This document shows, in pieces, positions 13,651 to 25,640 of a stretch of DNA of 64,000 bases. The notes under the pieces were generated by a model. That model was not told where the DNA came from and did not search any database. It saw nothing but the letters and a program-made list of their open reading frames with translations. Location of the stretch: positions 178,498,001 through 178,562,000 of the forward strand of contig NC_082709.1 in assembly GCF_030144855.1 (NCBI RefSeq), written 5' to 3'. Each line of letters opens with the position of its first letter. Within the stretch, counting starts at the first letter, position 1. The position numbers were made by a program, and so were the translations under genes. Origin of the DNA: Hypanus sabinus. Its lineage: Eukaryota.

Positions 13651-15010
13651 TCAACAGCTGACCAATTTGTGGTGTCAGTTGTAGGGTAAATGTTAATCAG
13701 AGCATCCAGAAGACATGGAATGTTCCATGTCCAGCAAAGAAAGCAGCTGTTTTAAAGTCCTGTACAAAAGAGGACAATTTTAACAGAGCAAAATGCTCTT
13801 ACTAACATGAGTGCAGTGAACTATCTGGCTTTCTTTGTACTGTAATGTTTCTTTGTCCATTTGACTTCATCAAGAAGGAAGCTAATAAGAGTGGCCACTG
13901 AAAGTATGAACCAGATCTACTAACCAGGACAACAGAGATGAGACAATATTGTTTCAATAAAGCCACCCAGAAACAACATGACAAAGAGGCTGGCAGCAAT
14001 GTCAAAGAAAGCCTGAGGCACCATTTCCTGACTTCACAGAAACAGATAGAGGTGGAAGAAATTTATACACACTGAACATTTGGCATAAAGTAAAGCACTG
14101 GGATCTATTCCAGTTTTGTGGATTTGGGGGATGACCTCATGGGGATTGCAAGCTTTCCATGGATAGAATAAGAGTGGCTGATGGGGCAAGTGCCATCACT
14201 TGTACTGGCTGATTCATCACCTACATTACCAATACTATCTCAAACACACTTGCGTGTTGAGAAATCCTGGGCTAGAGTGTTGAGAATTAGTGAAGGTGTT
14301 GCACTCCCTGAAGAAACATTGAGCACAACATTGACTCCTTCCTTATCTTTGTCTCAATAGTGGACACCAGTAAATTCAAACGCAGTACAATTTTATTTGC
14401 TCCAAGGTCCTTAACTTCTCCTTAACTACCTCAGACTAGAAACTTTTTTTGAAAATCTTTTATGCACTCCTTATTGGGGATTCCTAATGCATAGTGATGG
14501 GAAATTGGACTCTGTATTCCAACAGAGACCCAACCAGTCTTCTAGATGAGTTTAAATGGACATGTATGCACTGGATGCTGAGCACACCTCAAAGATTGAA
14601 TATATTCTAGAAGATGGACCCTGATTCTTAACCTCACAACTTCTCATTGTGACCTTGCACCTTATTGTCTACCTGCACTGCACTGTACTGTAGCACTTTT
14701 ATTATTGTTTTACTTTGTAACACCCCAATGCACTATTGTAATGAATTGGTCTGTATGAACACTATGCAAGAGAAGGTTTTCGCTGTACCTCAGTACATAT
14801 GACAATAGTAAATCAGTTTAACCATCATTGCACATGCTCTAGAATCAGAGATTAACTTTATTCGGCATAAACGTTTGCAAGTATTAGGAACTTATGTGGT
14901 GTGTTGGTCAGGGTGTGGCATGCAACCGGAACAACTATATTCAAAAATTATAAAGTATAACAAATTGTAAAAATAAAGTTTTGAGGTTAAAGTATGGATG
15001 TACAATAAAA

Positions 15011-15336
15011 TTTCCTTTGAATTGTTATTAAGATATAGATCTGGGCTATTATTATAAAATACTATATGGTAAAGTACTCTTTTTTTTCTCTTTCTTTACC
15101 AACCAGCTTTGTCTTGGTAGGGGGTGTAGATTTTTTTATAATATAATTAACTATACTATTGTATTTCATCATTCAATTTATTTTATTTGATTGATCATCA
15201 ATATGGGATACCGTGATTGTATCAGTGTGATTTATATATATTGCATTTTGTGCTATCTTATTTATATTAAGTATCCTTATGAATTCTGTATTTGTGTATA
15301 TGAAATTTAATAAAAAATTGGGAAAAGAAAGAAAGA
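15011..15336 (+). mobile_element. AT-rich retroelement 3'UTR (L1-like) inserted in another repeat
   Basis: AT-rich block ending in aataaaaaattgggaaaagaaagaaagaaa, which interrupts the repeat running from ~14840 to ~15460. Confidence 0.4.
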
Positions 15337-15979
15337 AAATTCCCATAAATACCAGCATGTATTTATAAAGTAAACAGTATTACAAGCAGAGGTTTGAAGT
15401 GCTTAAAGTGTAGTGACAGGGGTAATAGATGGGGGAGAGTCTAACTATTATATTTGATCAGAGTTCTCCTCGATGTAAACTTATACATTACAGAATGTAG
15501 CCCATTTCACAGTCAATCACCAGAACGTGGGTCGTTCTGTTCCATCTCCTTGAGGCGGTCATTAACCTGCCCAGCTTGGACAGTTCTCTCACTGTCCACA
15601 CAAAATTTGAAGCAAGACAGTGCAAGCCAGGTAGCTGCCAGAGATGGATGAACGAGTGTGGTTCACTCAATGTTTATTGGACATACAGCAACTGCCTGCA
15701 AGGCATCTGTACACTGTCAAGTGACAGGCAACTACCTCTTAACAACTTTATTTGTGGAAGAGTTGAAAACAAGGTGAGCTCGACAGTAGGACTTTCAAAG
15801 AGTTGCAGCTACCCACATTTATTAAGGAGGTAATGAATTATCCACACCAGCAGCCCAAAGGCAGGATTGGTCATGATAAATGTCCTACAAGGTTCTTGTT
15901 GTACAGTCAATAAGAGGAACTACAGAAGGTTCACTGCTGATGAAATTTTAAGAGGGTGATCTTATCAGAGGAAGAAAAT

Positions 15980-16290
15980 AGTGGCTAGCTTAGCATAGCA
16001 GTTAGAGCAACACTTTAAAGCACCATCTCTACAAAGAGGTTGCAGTTCTTGCCACCGCCCGGTTTTTACGTTCTTCCCATGACCAGCTGGCTTTCCTCTG
16101 GGTGCTCTAGTTTCCTTCAACATTCCAGAGATGTACATGTTAGGGTTAGTGAGTGTTAGCCATGCTATGTTGGTGTTAAAACTATAGCAACACTTCTGGG
16201 ATGCCCAGTATAATCCTTGTTGATTTGATTTGAGGCAAGTGACATATGTCACTATATACTTTGTACATATGACAAATAAAGCTAATCTTT
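15980..16290 (+). mobile_element. V-domain SINE (HE1-like)
   Basis: tRNA-like head, ttcctctgggtgctctagtttcct V-domain and gacaaataaagctaatcttt tail. Confidence 0.65.
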
Positions 16291-16717
16291 AACCTTTTGA
16301 GGGACTTGGGATAGATGTAGACAGGCTGTTCAGAAGCATGGTATTAGCAATATACACTTATTTGGTCTGAAATGTCAATTGCTCATTCTTTTCCATAGAT
16401 GCTGCCTGACCTGCTGAGTTCTTCCACATTTTGTGTGTGTTGTTTTGGATTTCCAGCATCTGCAGACTTCCTCACGTTTAGGTATATTCTTGCTAGGGTT
16501 ATAAAACAAATCAAATTTTCACCTTCTATGGTGGTAACCATGCACATGTCACAACAGGTTGTGCTAACAGTTTGAACATGCAAGGGTACAGCACAGGAAC
16601 CAGAACTTCTGTCCACACAGTATTGTGCTGGACTAAATAAATGCTTAGCCAGTCTAATCGAATTTGGCTACACAGTGGCCATAACCCTCCATTTGTTGCA
16701 CTTTGTTTTATTAGTGG

Positions 16718-17283
16718 TGTAACCTTCAGGTTCAGTTAGCAGGGTTAGTCCCGGGAAGACGGTCTCTGGCCTCAGCAAACATGTGAATCTTGTCTGTGTG
16801 GATGCTGTGTGATGTGTTACCCTGTTACAAATCAGTACTGTGAAATATCAGACAGTAAACCATATCAATTACATGATTGAGCTTTATAATTCCTAATTTG
16901 ACTCTAGGGTTAGTAAAGAAAACAGAAAGAAAAAGCAAACAATCTAACATGCACGTTGGAGCTCACAGTTTTCCCTTCCATTAGGTCTCCATCAATTTCC
17001 TTCCCCCCCCCCCCCCCACCCCAGGGCATTGTCGACTCCCAACCTTAATCCAAGTCCACTCCGTCCTGCAGGTTATGATGTCTCTGTTCTGGCATCTTCT
17101 CTCTCCATCTTCTGCTGAACAAAAGACTGAGAATCCTTTGCTCTTGGGCAGACAAGAAAGAAAAACACTCCCCTATTGGACAGTGCACATTCCAAAGCCC
17201 CCACTATCTCTAGTCATAACCCAAACACTGCTGCTACAGAGAAACCATCACATTAGCAGCGAAACCTTTCTCACGGTGTTACA
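16718..17283 (-). mobile_element. Solo LTR
   Basis: TGTAAC...GTTACA termini, flanks GTGG/TTGG (3/4 TSD), and a minus-strand CCAAT (plus-strand cctattggac). Orientation is tentative. Confidence 0.6.
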
Positions 17284-18410
17284 TTGGTTTAATTAGTATA
17301 GCACAGCATCATGGGCCAAAGGGCCTGTTTCTGTGCTGTTCTATGTATTTTGAATGGGTAACTGAGGTATCATAAGAAACTGGAGTTGAGAATTCAAAGG
17401 TTTCAGCTGTGAGGAAAACATTCTCATCTAAATCCTAAACCTTCAAGCCCTTATTTTTAGGGGCAACACAGTAGCATAGCAGCTGGTACAATGCTCTACA
17501 GTGCTTTTGATCACCAAATGGAATTCAATTCCCATCGCTGTTTGTACATTCTATCCATAATCATATGTTTCTTCCTTCTCCACTTTCGTTCCACATTCCA
17601 AAGACGTGGGGTGGGATGTAGTCATGCAGGCAGTGGGAAAATGATCCCTCTTGTGTTTCTTGTTACCCGAGGTTCAGTGTCACTCAACGCTGCCACATTA
17701 ATCTGGCCCATGACACCTTCACCTGGTTCACACTGTTGGCCTTTATTGGGATTTTTCTCCTTCTTAAGGTCTGGGGTTATGAATGTGCAAAGTGGTTGTG
17801 GGGGTGGTTTGAGCTATTGCTTATGGTTGGTGTTGGGTTAGGACTAGGATCAGGGTTAATAAGCGGTGGGCATGCTATGTTGGCACCAGAAGCATAGGTG
17901 CGCTAGTAGGCTTCCCCCCCCCCCAACCCCAAGCTCATCATTTCATTGCACTGACCATTGACATAAACAGTGCATTTCACCATATGTTTCAAAGAACATG
18001 TGACAAATAAAGCTAATATTTACCTTGATCAAAATTATATATATTGGGGAATATTCCCAACATTTTGAATATAATGTAGAACTGAAGCAAAGGAGAATAA
18101 ATCTTTGAAAGAAATATATAATTATGGGAATTACAATCCACGGAGTAAAAATGTAGCTTATGGCTGGACAGATCTTTTAGCATAATTATATATAATTATA
18201 CAATGAATTCTTCATTTCCAGGCTATATTACAGATAGAACAATCCATGTATTCCATAATTCTTGCATTAATTCAATTGGATTCACATTGCTTGTTCTGTG
18301 GAAGCCTGGTTAAATTCTAACTAATGGAAGGGATTTTTGCAGTACATCATATTAGCATAGGTATCACCAAATTACTCAAAGTTCAAGGTAAATTTAATAT
18401 CAATATACAC

Positions 18411-19015
18411 ACACTCAGTGGCCATCTTGTTAAGCACCCCTGTACACATGCTTGTTAATTCAAATATCTAATAAGTCAATCGTGTGCCAGCTTATATGCA
18501 TTGCTTTGCATGCAGAGCTGGTCAGGAGATTCACTTGTTGTTCAGACCAAACGTCAGAATGGGGAAGAAATGAGTAAAGTAGCCTTGACCGTGGAATGAC
18601 GGCTGGTGCCAGATGGGGTGGCTTGAGTATCTCAGAAACTGCTGATCTTCTGGGATTTTCACACACAACAGTCTCTAGCATTTATAGAAAATGGTGTCTA
18701 AATTTTCTAGACACCATTGATGGGCTGAATGGTCTAATTCTGCTCATGTCTTATGGACAAAACAAAAAAAGCAGTCAGTAAGCTATGGCCAAAAGCTTCT
18801 TGTTAATGTTAAAAGTCATAGGAGAAAGATCAGACTGGTTCAAGCTGACAGGAAGGTGACAGTAGCTCATATAACCACAAGTTACAACACTTGTGTGCAA
18901 AAGAGCATCTCTGAATGCACAACACCTTAAACCTTGAAACAGACAGGTTATGAACGTACTTAAGTGGCTGCTTTACTAGGTACAGGAGATGCCTGATAAT
19001 GTGGCCAGTGAATGT
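18411..19015 (+). mobile_element. Tc1/mariner non-autonomous element
   Basis: TIR acactcagtggcca. ORF 18596 GARWGGLSISETADLLGFSHTTVS is a Tc1 transposase HTH remnant. A further right-end fragment lies at ~19240-19365. Confidence 0.8.
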
Positions 19016-20559
19016 ATGAAACAGGTGTACTAACCAAGGCCACAGCAGAGATGAGACAATAAAGCCATCCTGAATCAACATGACGAAAAGGCTGGCAGCA
19101 ATATCAAAGAAAAATTGGAGACACAGATGGGGCACTATTCAACAACTTGACAGAAACAGATAGAGGTGGAAGAGATTTGCTTTTGCTGTAATCATAATGA
19201 ACACTTGGCATAAAGTAAATCACTCTTTCCTTTGGAATCGACAAGTTGAACCTTGAAGTGGATGGGCTACAGCAGCAGAAGACCGTGAGCCTACATACAC
19301 TCAGTGGCCGCTTTCTTTAAAAAAAAATGCATAGGAGATAAGTAATAATGTGGCCACTAATTGTATATATCTACCTTGAGATTCATTTTCTTGCAGGCAT
19401 TCACAGAACAAAAAAATACACAATAGACTTGATGAAAAACCACACAAACAAAAGCTGAAAAGCTGACAAACACTTCCTTAAATTAGTCTTCAGTTTTCCC
19501 ATGGATTCCATAATGCATTAGTGATACTTAAAAGAGGAAGATGCATACACTTTGTGGCAAATAAGGGTGGATCTGCTGGGGACTTCTGCTGCTCTTCCCT
19601 CACAAGGTTTGACGTGTTATATGTTCAGAAGATATGACAGCGGGAATAATTCATTAGGAGTTTAAGGAGATTTGGTATGTCGTGTACATCAAAACATATC
19701 ATGGATTGCGCTGTTTGTTGATGACAACATCTTACTGGAATTGTGCTGGGGCAGCTTGCAAGCGTCACCGTGTTTCCAGCCCCAACATCACATTTGCAAA
19801 ACTTAGAGTACTGTGCAAAAGTCTTAGGTACCCTACTTGTATTTTATATACTCCAGCTGCAAAAAAACTCCTAAATGTTATGACATGTGAGAAATGACGA
19901 ACCTGATTCTGTTATGGGTCTCTGTCGTGGGAAGGGGGCAGGGAGAGTGGAATCATGGTTGGGAGAAGGGAGGGAGTGGGAAGCTCTAGGGAGACATTCT
20001 GTTTAGATTCAAATGACCTTGCCTGGTGTTTCAGGGATGTTTGTATTTGCACCCGCACCCAACGCTCCTTCTTTGCCACCTGTCCCACACCCCTCCTGCT
20101 GCACTGCACCTGCTCCTCCCAGAGCAATGCACCATTCCCAATATCCTTTTGCTTCTGCCAGACTTGCAAACTTCCTCTTTGCTCCACATTGACAAATACA
20201 GTACTGTGCAAAAAGTCCTGGATACCCTAGCTATATATATGTGCCCAAGACTTTCACAGTACAGTAGTTTGGAATGTGGGAGGAAGCTGGAGCACCCACA
20301 GGAAACCCACTCGGGTACACAGGAACATAGTAACTCCTCACAGATAGCGGTGTGAATGAACCTGGTCCTGTAAACGTAACGCTAACTGCTATGCTACCAT
20401 GTTTTCTGTTCCACATTACTGTTCGCACTTTGCCCATTCAAGAATCAAACACCACTTTAGATGTATTTGAAAGCTTTGCTTCTGCTATCCTTTGAGAATA
20501 ATAATTCAGAACACGCAGCCCTCACAGAGATGAAATATTGGCTTATTTTCCTTAAGTAG

Positions 20560-21540
20560 GCAGCCGTTTAGTTTTAAATTGTGACTTCTCGCTCTAGATT
20601 CTTTGATGAGGGGAAGCATCCTCTCCACATCCACCCTCACTCTTCTAAACTTCAATTAATGTTTGTTTCGCTGCTCCAACTTTATTCATTTTCCAACTCA
20701 GCATATTCATTCCAGTAAACCTTCTCTGAGCTCCTTCCAATCTATTCTCGCCCTTCCTTTTAGAGTCATGGACTTGTAGATTACTGCAGCACAGATGCGA
20801 GTCCTTTGGCTTACCTGGTCTGTGTTGTACTATTAATCTGCCTAGTTCCGTGGACCTGCACCTGGACCGTAGCCCTCCATATCCCTTCTATCAATGTTTT
20901 TATCCAAACGTTGAAATCAAACCCATACCTAACAGTTCTGCTGGCAGCTCATTCTGCACTCTCACCACCCTCTGAGTGAAGAAGTTAAATTAGATCAACA
21001 CGACACATAACACTGTCAAACAGTGCTCTATATATCTGAATCATATCCTTTCTTCTTTTGTATTCAGTTACACTAACAATTGTTAACATTCTGTTTACTT
21101 CTCTAATTAGCTGCCTTCTAGAAATTGTGTGTAACATCCTGATCCCTTTGCACTTCAAAGCTCTGTAAACTCTCATAATTTTTGATAATATTTTTATTCT
21201 TTCTTCCCAAAATGGTACTTCCCCCTTTCCTACGTTGTACTCAGTTTGCAAGGCTTTTGTCCTCTCAGTTCATCTACTTTAATCCTTTTGGTAGTCTCTG
21301 TGTCCTCGCATAACTTTCTTGTCTACTTACTGGATAATCAGCAAATTCAGCAATTATCTCATGTTCCTGGTCCATTCAAGTTACTTGCATAAGTGGTGTA
21401 AGGTCTCAACACTGATTTCTGTGGCACAACACTAGTTCTATTTTGCCAAATTAGAGAAGAGTGTATCCATGCCAATGTGTTACTTCATGTGTTGAGCAAT
21501 AAACATTGAGATACTTCATCAAATGCCATCTGCAAAGTGA
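20560..21540 (-). mobile_element. Old CR1 LINE remnant with nested CR1 3' end
   Basis: ORF 20985-21251 MQTEYNVGKGEV...EYKRRKDMIQIYRAL resembles the CR1 ORF2 C-terminal region. Confidence 0.55.
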
Positions 21541-21899
21541 CTGCTTTGCCACTCTATTTCACTTTTCGTATCAGTGACTTGCTTTCAGTATTCATCACCA
21601 CCTGTCATACGAGTCATTGGCTGCTTGGACTCAACAGTTTGATATTCTTATTTTCTTTGTCGCCATTCCTGGAGCCAATTTTGATTTTTATAAGGTGCAG
21701 GTTCAGATGCAACTAACTTGACGAAATGTGGTTCCTGGTTTTTCAGGCCTTTCCTCCTTAAAGTCTTGTCTGGCAAATGCTCACCAGCACAAATCCAGAA
21801 CTTCATTAAGGGAGTAAGTTGTCCTGCCATGGCAAGGCACCAACACCAGGGGGCAGATGAGTTTACTGTAGGTAAACAAGTTGCCTTTGTAAATATTTC

Positions 21900-23560
21900 A
21901 AGGATTAGAATTGTAAATCTTGGCTGAAGAATAGAAGGAGAATGTGAAGATCTTTTTATGTACAGAAGAGTTGTGATAGAGGTTTGCTGAAAATATGAAA
22001 CTAGGTGGGAGTGAGTTGTAAAGAGGATCCATAGAAGTTTCAAGGTGATTTGAACAAGAAGGTGGGTGAATATATGGAAGATACATACCTTTAGAGATTG
22101 GGAAATGTTGATGTACGGAGTGACCTGGGTAGAACATGTGCAGCAAACAGATTAAAGAAAACAACATTTGGCTTTTATTACAAGAGTTTTTAAGTTCCAG
22201 GTGGAAGGATCTTACACAGGGCTTTGGTGAGATCAAACTTGGAGTACTGTGTACAGTTTTGACTTTATTACCCAAGAAAAGATGTAACTGTTACAGTAGG
22301 AACAATGCTGGTTCACCAGTTAGATTCAATGGATGGCACCTTTTTATGAAGGGAAAATTTTCATAATCTGATAAAGAACATGTGGAATTATCTACTACAG
22401 AAAGATGTGGACACTAAATAAATATGTTTTGAAGAGAGATGTTTCATGCAATCATGCCGCCTTGTGTTTAGAATTGGGATATTGTGTGATTTCAATTCTG
22501 GTCGACACTTTGTAGGAAGGATATGGAGGGTTTGGACAGGGTGCAAAAGTCAAAGATGAGTTTATTGTCACCTGTACAAGTGAAGGTATGTACAATTGCA
22601 ATTAAAAACTTTCAGCAGCATCACAGGCATATCATATCATCTTAGTACCATTTGCAAGAAAAAGACACAAACTGTACAGAATTTAAGAATTAAGAACACA
22701 ATTAGAAGCAAGTAACATGAAGGTCCATTTCAGTGCAGACTGGTCATAGTGTTGCTGAACTGCAGTGATGTTTGAAGGAAAGTAGCTGTTCTTGAATCTG
22801 TTGGTGTGGGGCTTCAGGCTTCTGAACCTCCTGCTTGATATTAACTGTGAAAAAGTGGTATGAAATGGAGGCTTACCAGGATGCTGCCTGGATTAGAGGA
22901 CATGAGCTATAAGGAGTGGTTGGGAAAACTAGGGTTGTTTTATCTCGAGTGGCAGCGGCTGGTGAGAGATCAGAACAAAATGATGAAAGGCATAGATAAA
23001 TAGCCACTGTCTTCCCCACCCCTCCCAGGGTTGAGATACCTAACACCTAGATAAATCAAATGAGGATAACTGTCCCGCCTCATTCCCTTGTGAGATAGAG
23101 ATTGCCTGTCCTAGCATGCAGAGTTATCTTTGGTGGACTTTGTGGGCAAGATCAACAGTGAGATGCAATGGTCAGGAAGGCTTTGTGGAGAGTAAAGGGC
23201 ATGACAGAGCACAGAGGAGGTTGTGGTCATTCACTGCAACCAAGTAAGGCTCAGTTTGTGGCTAATACTTTTACCATGGACCTGGATTTCCAAGGTCAGG
23301 AGAGTTGAACTTCCCCAGAGCAATGGCTTTTCCACTTTAAAATCTGACCCTCGCAGGGTTCCTGTCATTGTTGGGTATGTTTAAAGAGACGTGCTGGTTG
23401 ATGGTGGGTGTCTGGAATGTGCTACCTGGGGTGGTGATGGTGGCAAATGTGGCAATGGATGGACGGACGGATAGACGGATAAGGCTCTTATTTAGGTACC
23501 TGAATGTGCAGAGAATGGTAGGATATGGCATTTGTATGGGCAGAAGGAATTTAAGTACCA
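21900..23560 (+). mobile_element. Nested, degraded CR1 fragments with Rex1-type and unclassified insertions
   Basis: KFAENMKLGG (FADD-like), LEYCVQF and RMLPGLE remnants interleaved with other repeats. Confidence 0.55.
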
Positions 23561-25129
23561 GGCTGAATTGACGTGGCAGGGTACAGGCCCAGAGTATGTC
23601 ACAGTGTCTGAACCTGACACTTGGATGATGAGTTAAGCACTGGACCGAATGGAAAAGGCCAGGCTGTTGGGGTCAGAGTTGAGGGACAGGCCAATTCAGC
23701 TCACTGCTCCCCTCCTTGCTGAACTAAGGGTCTGTTGACAAACTCTCTTTGTGGCCTTCATTTCAGACTGCTATTTGTTTGTGTTTATTGTTTGCATTTT
23801 TTTTATTCTCTCTGCATGTTGGGTGTTTAATGGTCATTTTTTAATCGGTTCTTTTGGGTTTCTTTAAGTTTTGTGGCTACCTGTTAGGAGACGAATCTCA
23901 AGATTGTGTAATGTATACATACTTTGATAATAGTATGATACTTTGATAATAGAACTCATCTGTCGGTTTGATGGAGATGCACATTAAGTTATAAAGGAAA
24001 CTGGCTAAGTATTTGAGAGATAATAACTTGCAGGGCTAAAAGGACAGAGCAGAGAAGTTATTGTGATGGATCTGCTGTGTTAGGATGTGGCATTATCTAT
24101 GGGCAGAATGATCTGTACTGTAGCAGTCTGATTTTATAAAATCTGCATTCTCTCTTAACTGTCGTAACCAAAATGAATGTTGGCTGAATTTAGAAAGTGA
24201 AGGACGATGTGGATCAGCTGAAAGGTTGGGTGGAACAATGGCAGGTGAGGTTTGATCCCAACCTGTGTGAAATTCTGAATTTTAGGAAGGGAAACAAGAA
24301 ACAGGTGTACAAGCTGGGAGATGATAGGTGACATCAGATAAGGAGGAAGGTAGGTGGGTGGGGGAGTGTGTCCTCCACTTACTTTCCTTCTCCCTTGCCT
24401 GACTTCATTTATCCCCTTCCAGCTTGTACTCCTTACCCTCTTCCCATTCTTATTTTGGCTTCTTACCCATTCCTTTCCGGTCCTGAAGAAGGGTCTCAGC
24501 CTCTTTGCTCCTTTTGACTCTTTTTTTTTTCCTTAGATACTACCTAAGTTGCTGAGTTTCTACAGCATTTCATGTTTATGCATCCAGAGATTATGGTTTC
24601 TATGGTATATTGATTTAAGAAATTGGTAAGAGTTGTTGGGGACATGACAAGAGGAAGTGACATCAACATGGTTGGTACAGGAAAAGCTGTTGTTGATGTT
24701 CATACCTAGGAACTTGAGGCTCTCAAATCTCAAAATGCCTTCCTGAGGTCCATGACCACCTCTTTTATTTTGTTGACTTTGAGGAAAAGGTTTTCATCTT
24801 GACATAATGTCACAAATCTCTCAATCTCCTTCCCGTAATCCACATGTAACAGAAAAGGATCTGTATGCCACTACTGATTTGTGGCTATCAGGAAATCAAG
24901 GGGCTACTTGGCTAAGTGGTCAAGTGGGTGGAAGATCTATCTATCCTCCACTTTTCTCGAATGATGAGTTGATTGAATTGCTCCAGTAATTGTAAAAGGA
25001 CACTTGTTGCTTCAAGGAGGGCGAGATAGAGGACCAAAGGACAGGATTGTGTCGGATAGCTGACTGAGTTGAAAAGTGATTTTTGTGGAAGTTTACTGAT
25101 TAATGGTGTCATTTTAGTAAAAAAAAAGT

Positions 25130-25640
25130 TCATAGTAAATTTATTAAACTACTTCACTATATAAGACTCTGAGATCAAATTTTTGCAGGCATTCACTGCA
25201 GAACAAAGAAATAAACAGAATCCATGAAAAATTACATGCAAAATCTGACAAGCAATCAATATACAAAAAAGACAAACTGTGCAAATAAAAAAACAACTAA
25301 AAATAATTTTAAAAAATACTGAGAACATGAGCTATAGTTTTTGAATGATAGTCCATAGGTTGTGGAATTGGTTCACTTTTGAGATAAGTGGAGTTGTGCC
25401 CTCTACTCCAGGAGCCTGATAGCTGAAGGGTAATAACTATTCCTGAACCTGGTATTGTGAGACCTAAGGCTACTGTGTCACCACTTTGTTGGCACTGAGA
25501 AGAGAGCGTGGCTCGAAAGGTGGAGAGCCAAGATGGTGGATGTTGCTTTGTTGTTGCAGTGTTTATTGTAATCATGCTCTATGGTGGGAAGAGTTTTATC
25601 TGTTATGGACTGGACAGCATCCACTTTTTTTTTTTGGTAG
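25130..25640 (-). mobile_element. Rex1-derived 3' fragment
   Basis: aagttcatagtaaatttatt tail and cctgaacctgg..gtgagacctaaggct C-terminal remnant shared with many copies in the window. Confidence 0.7.
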
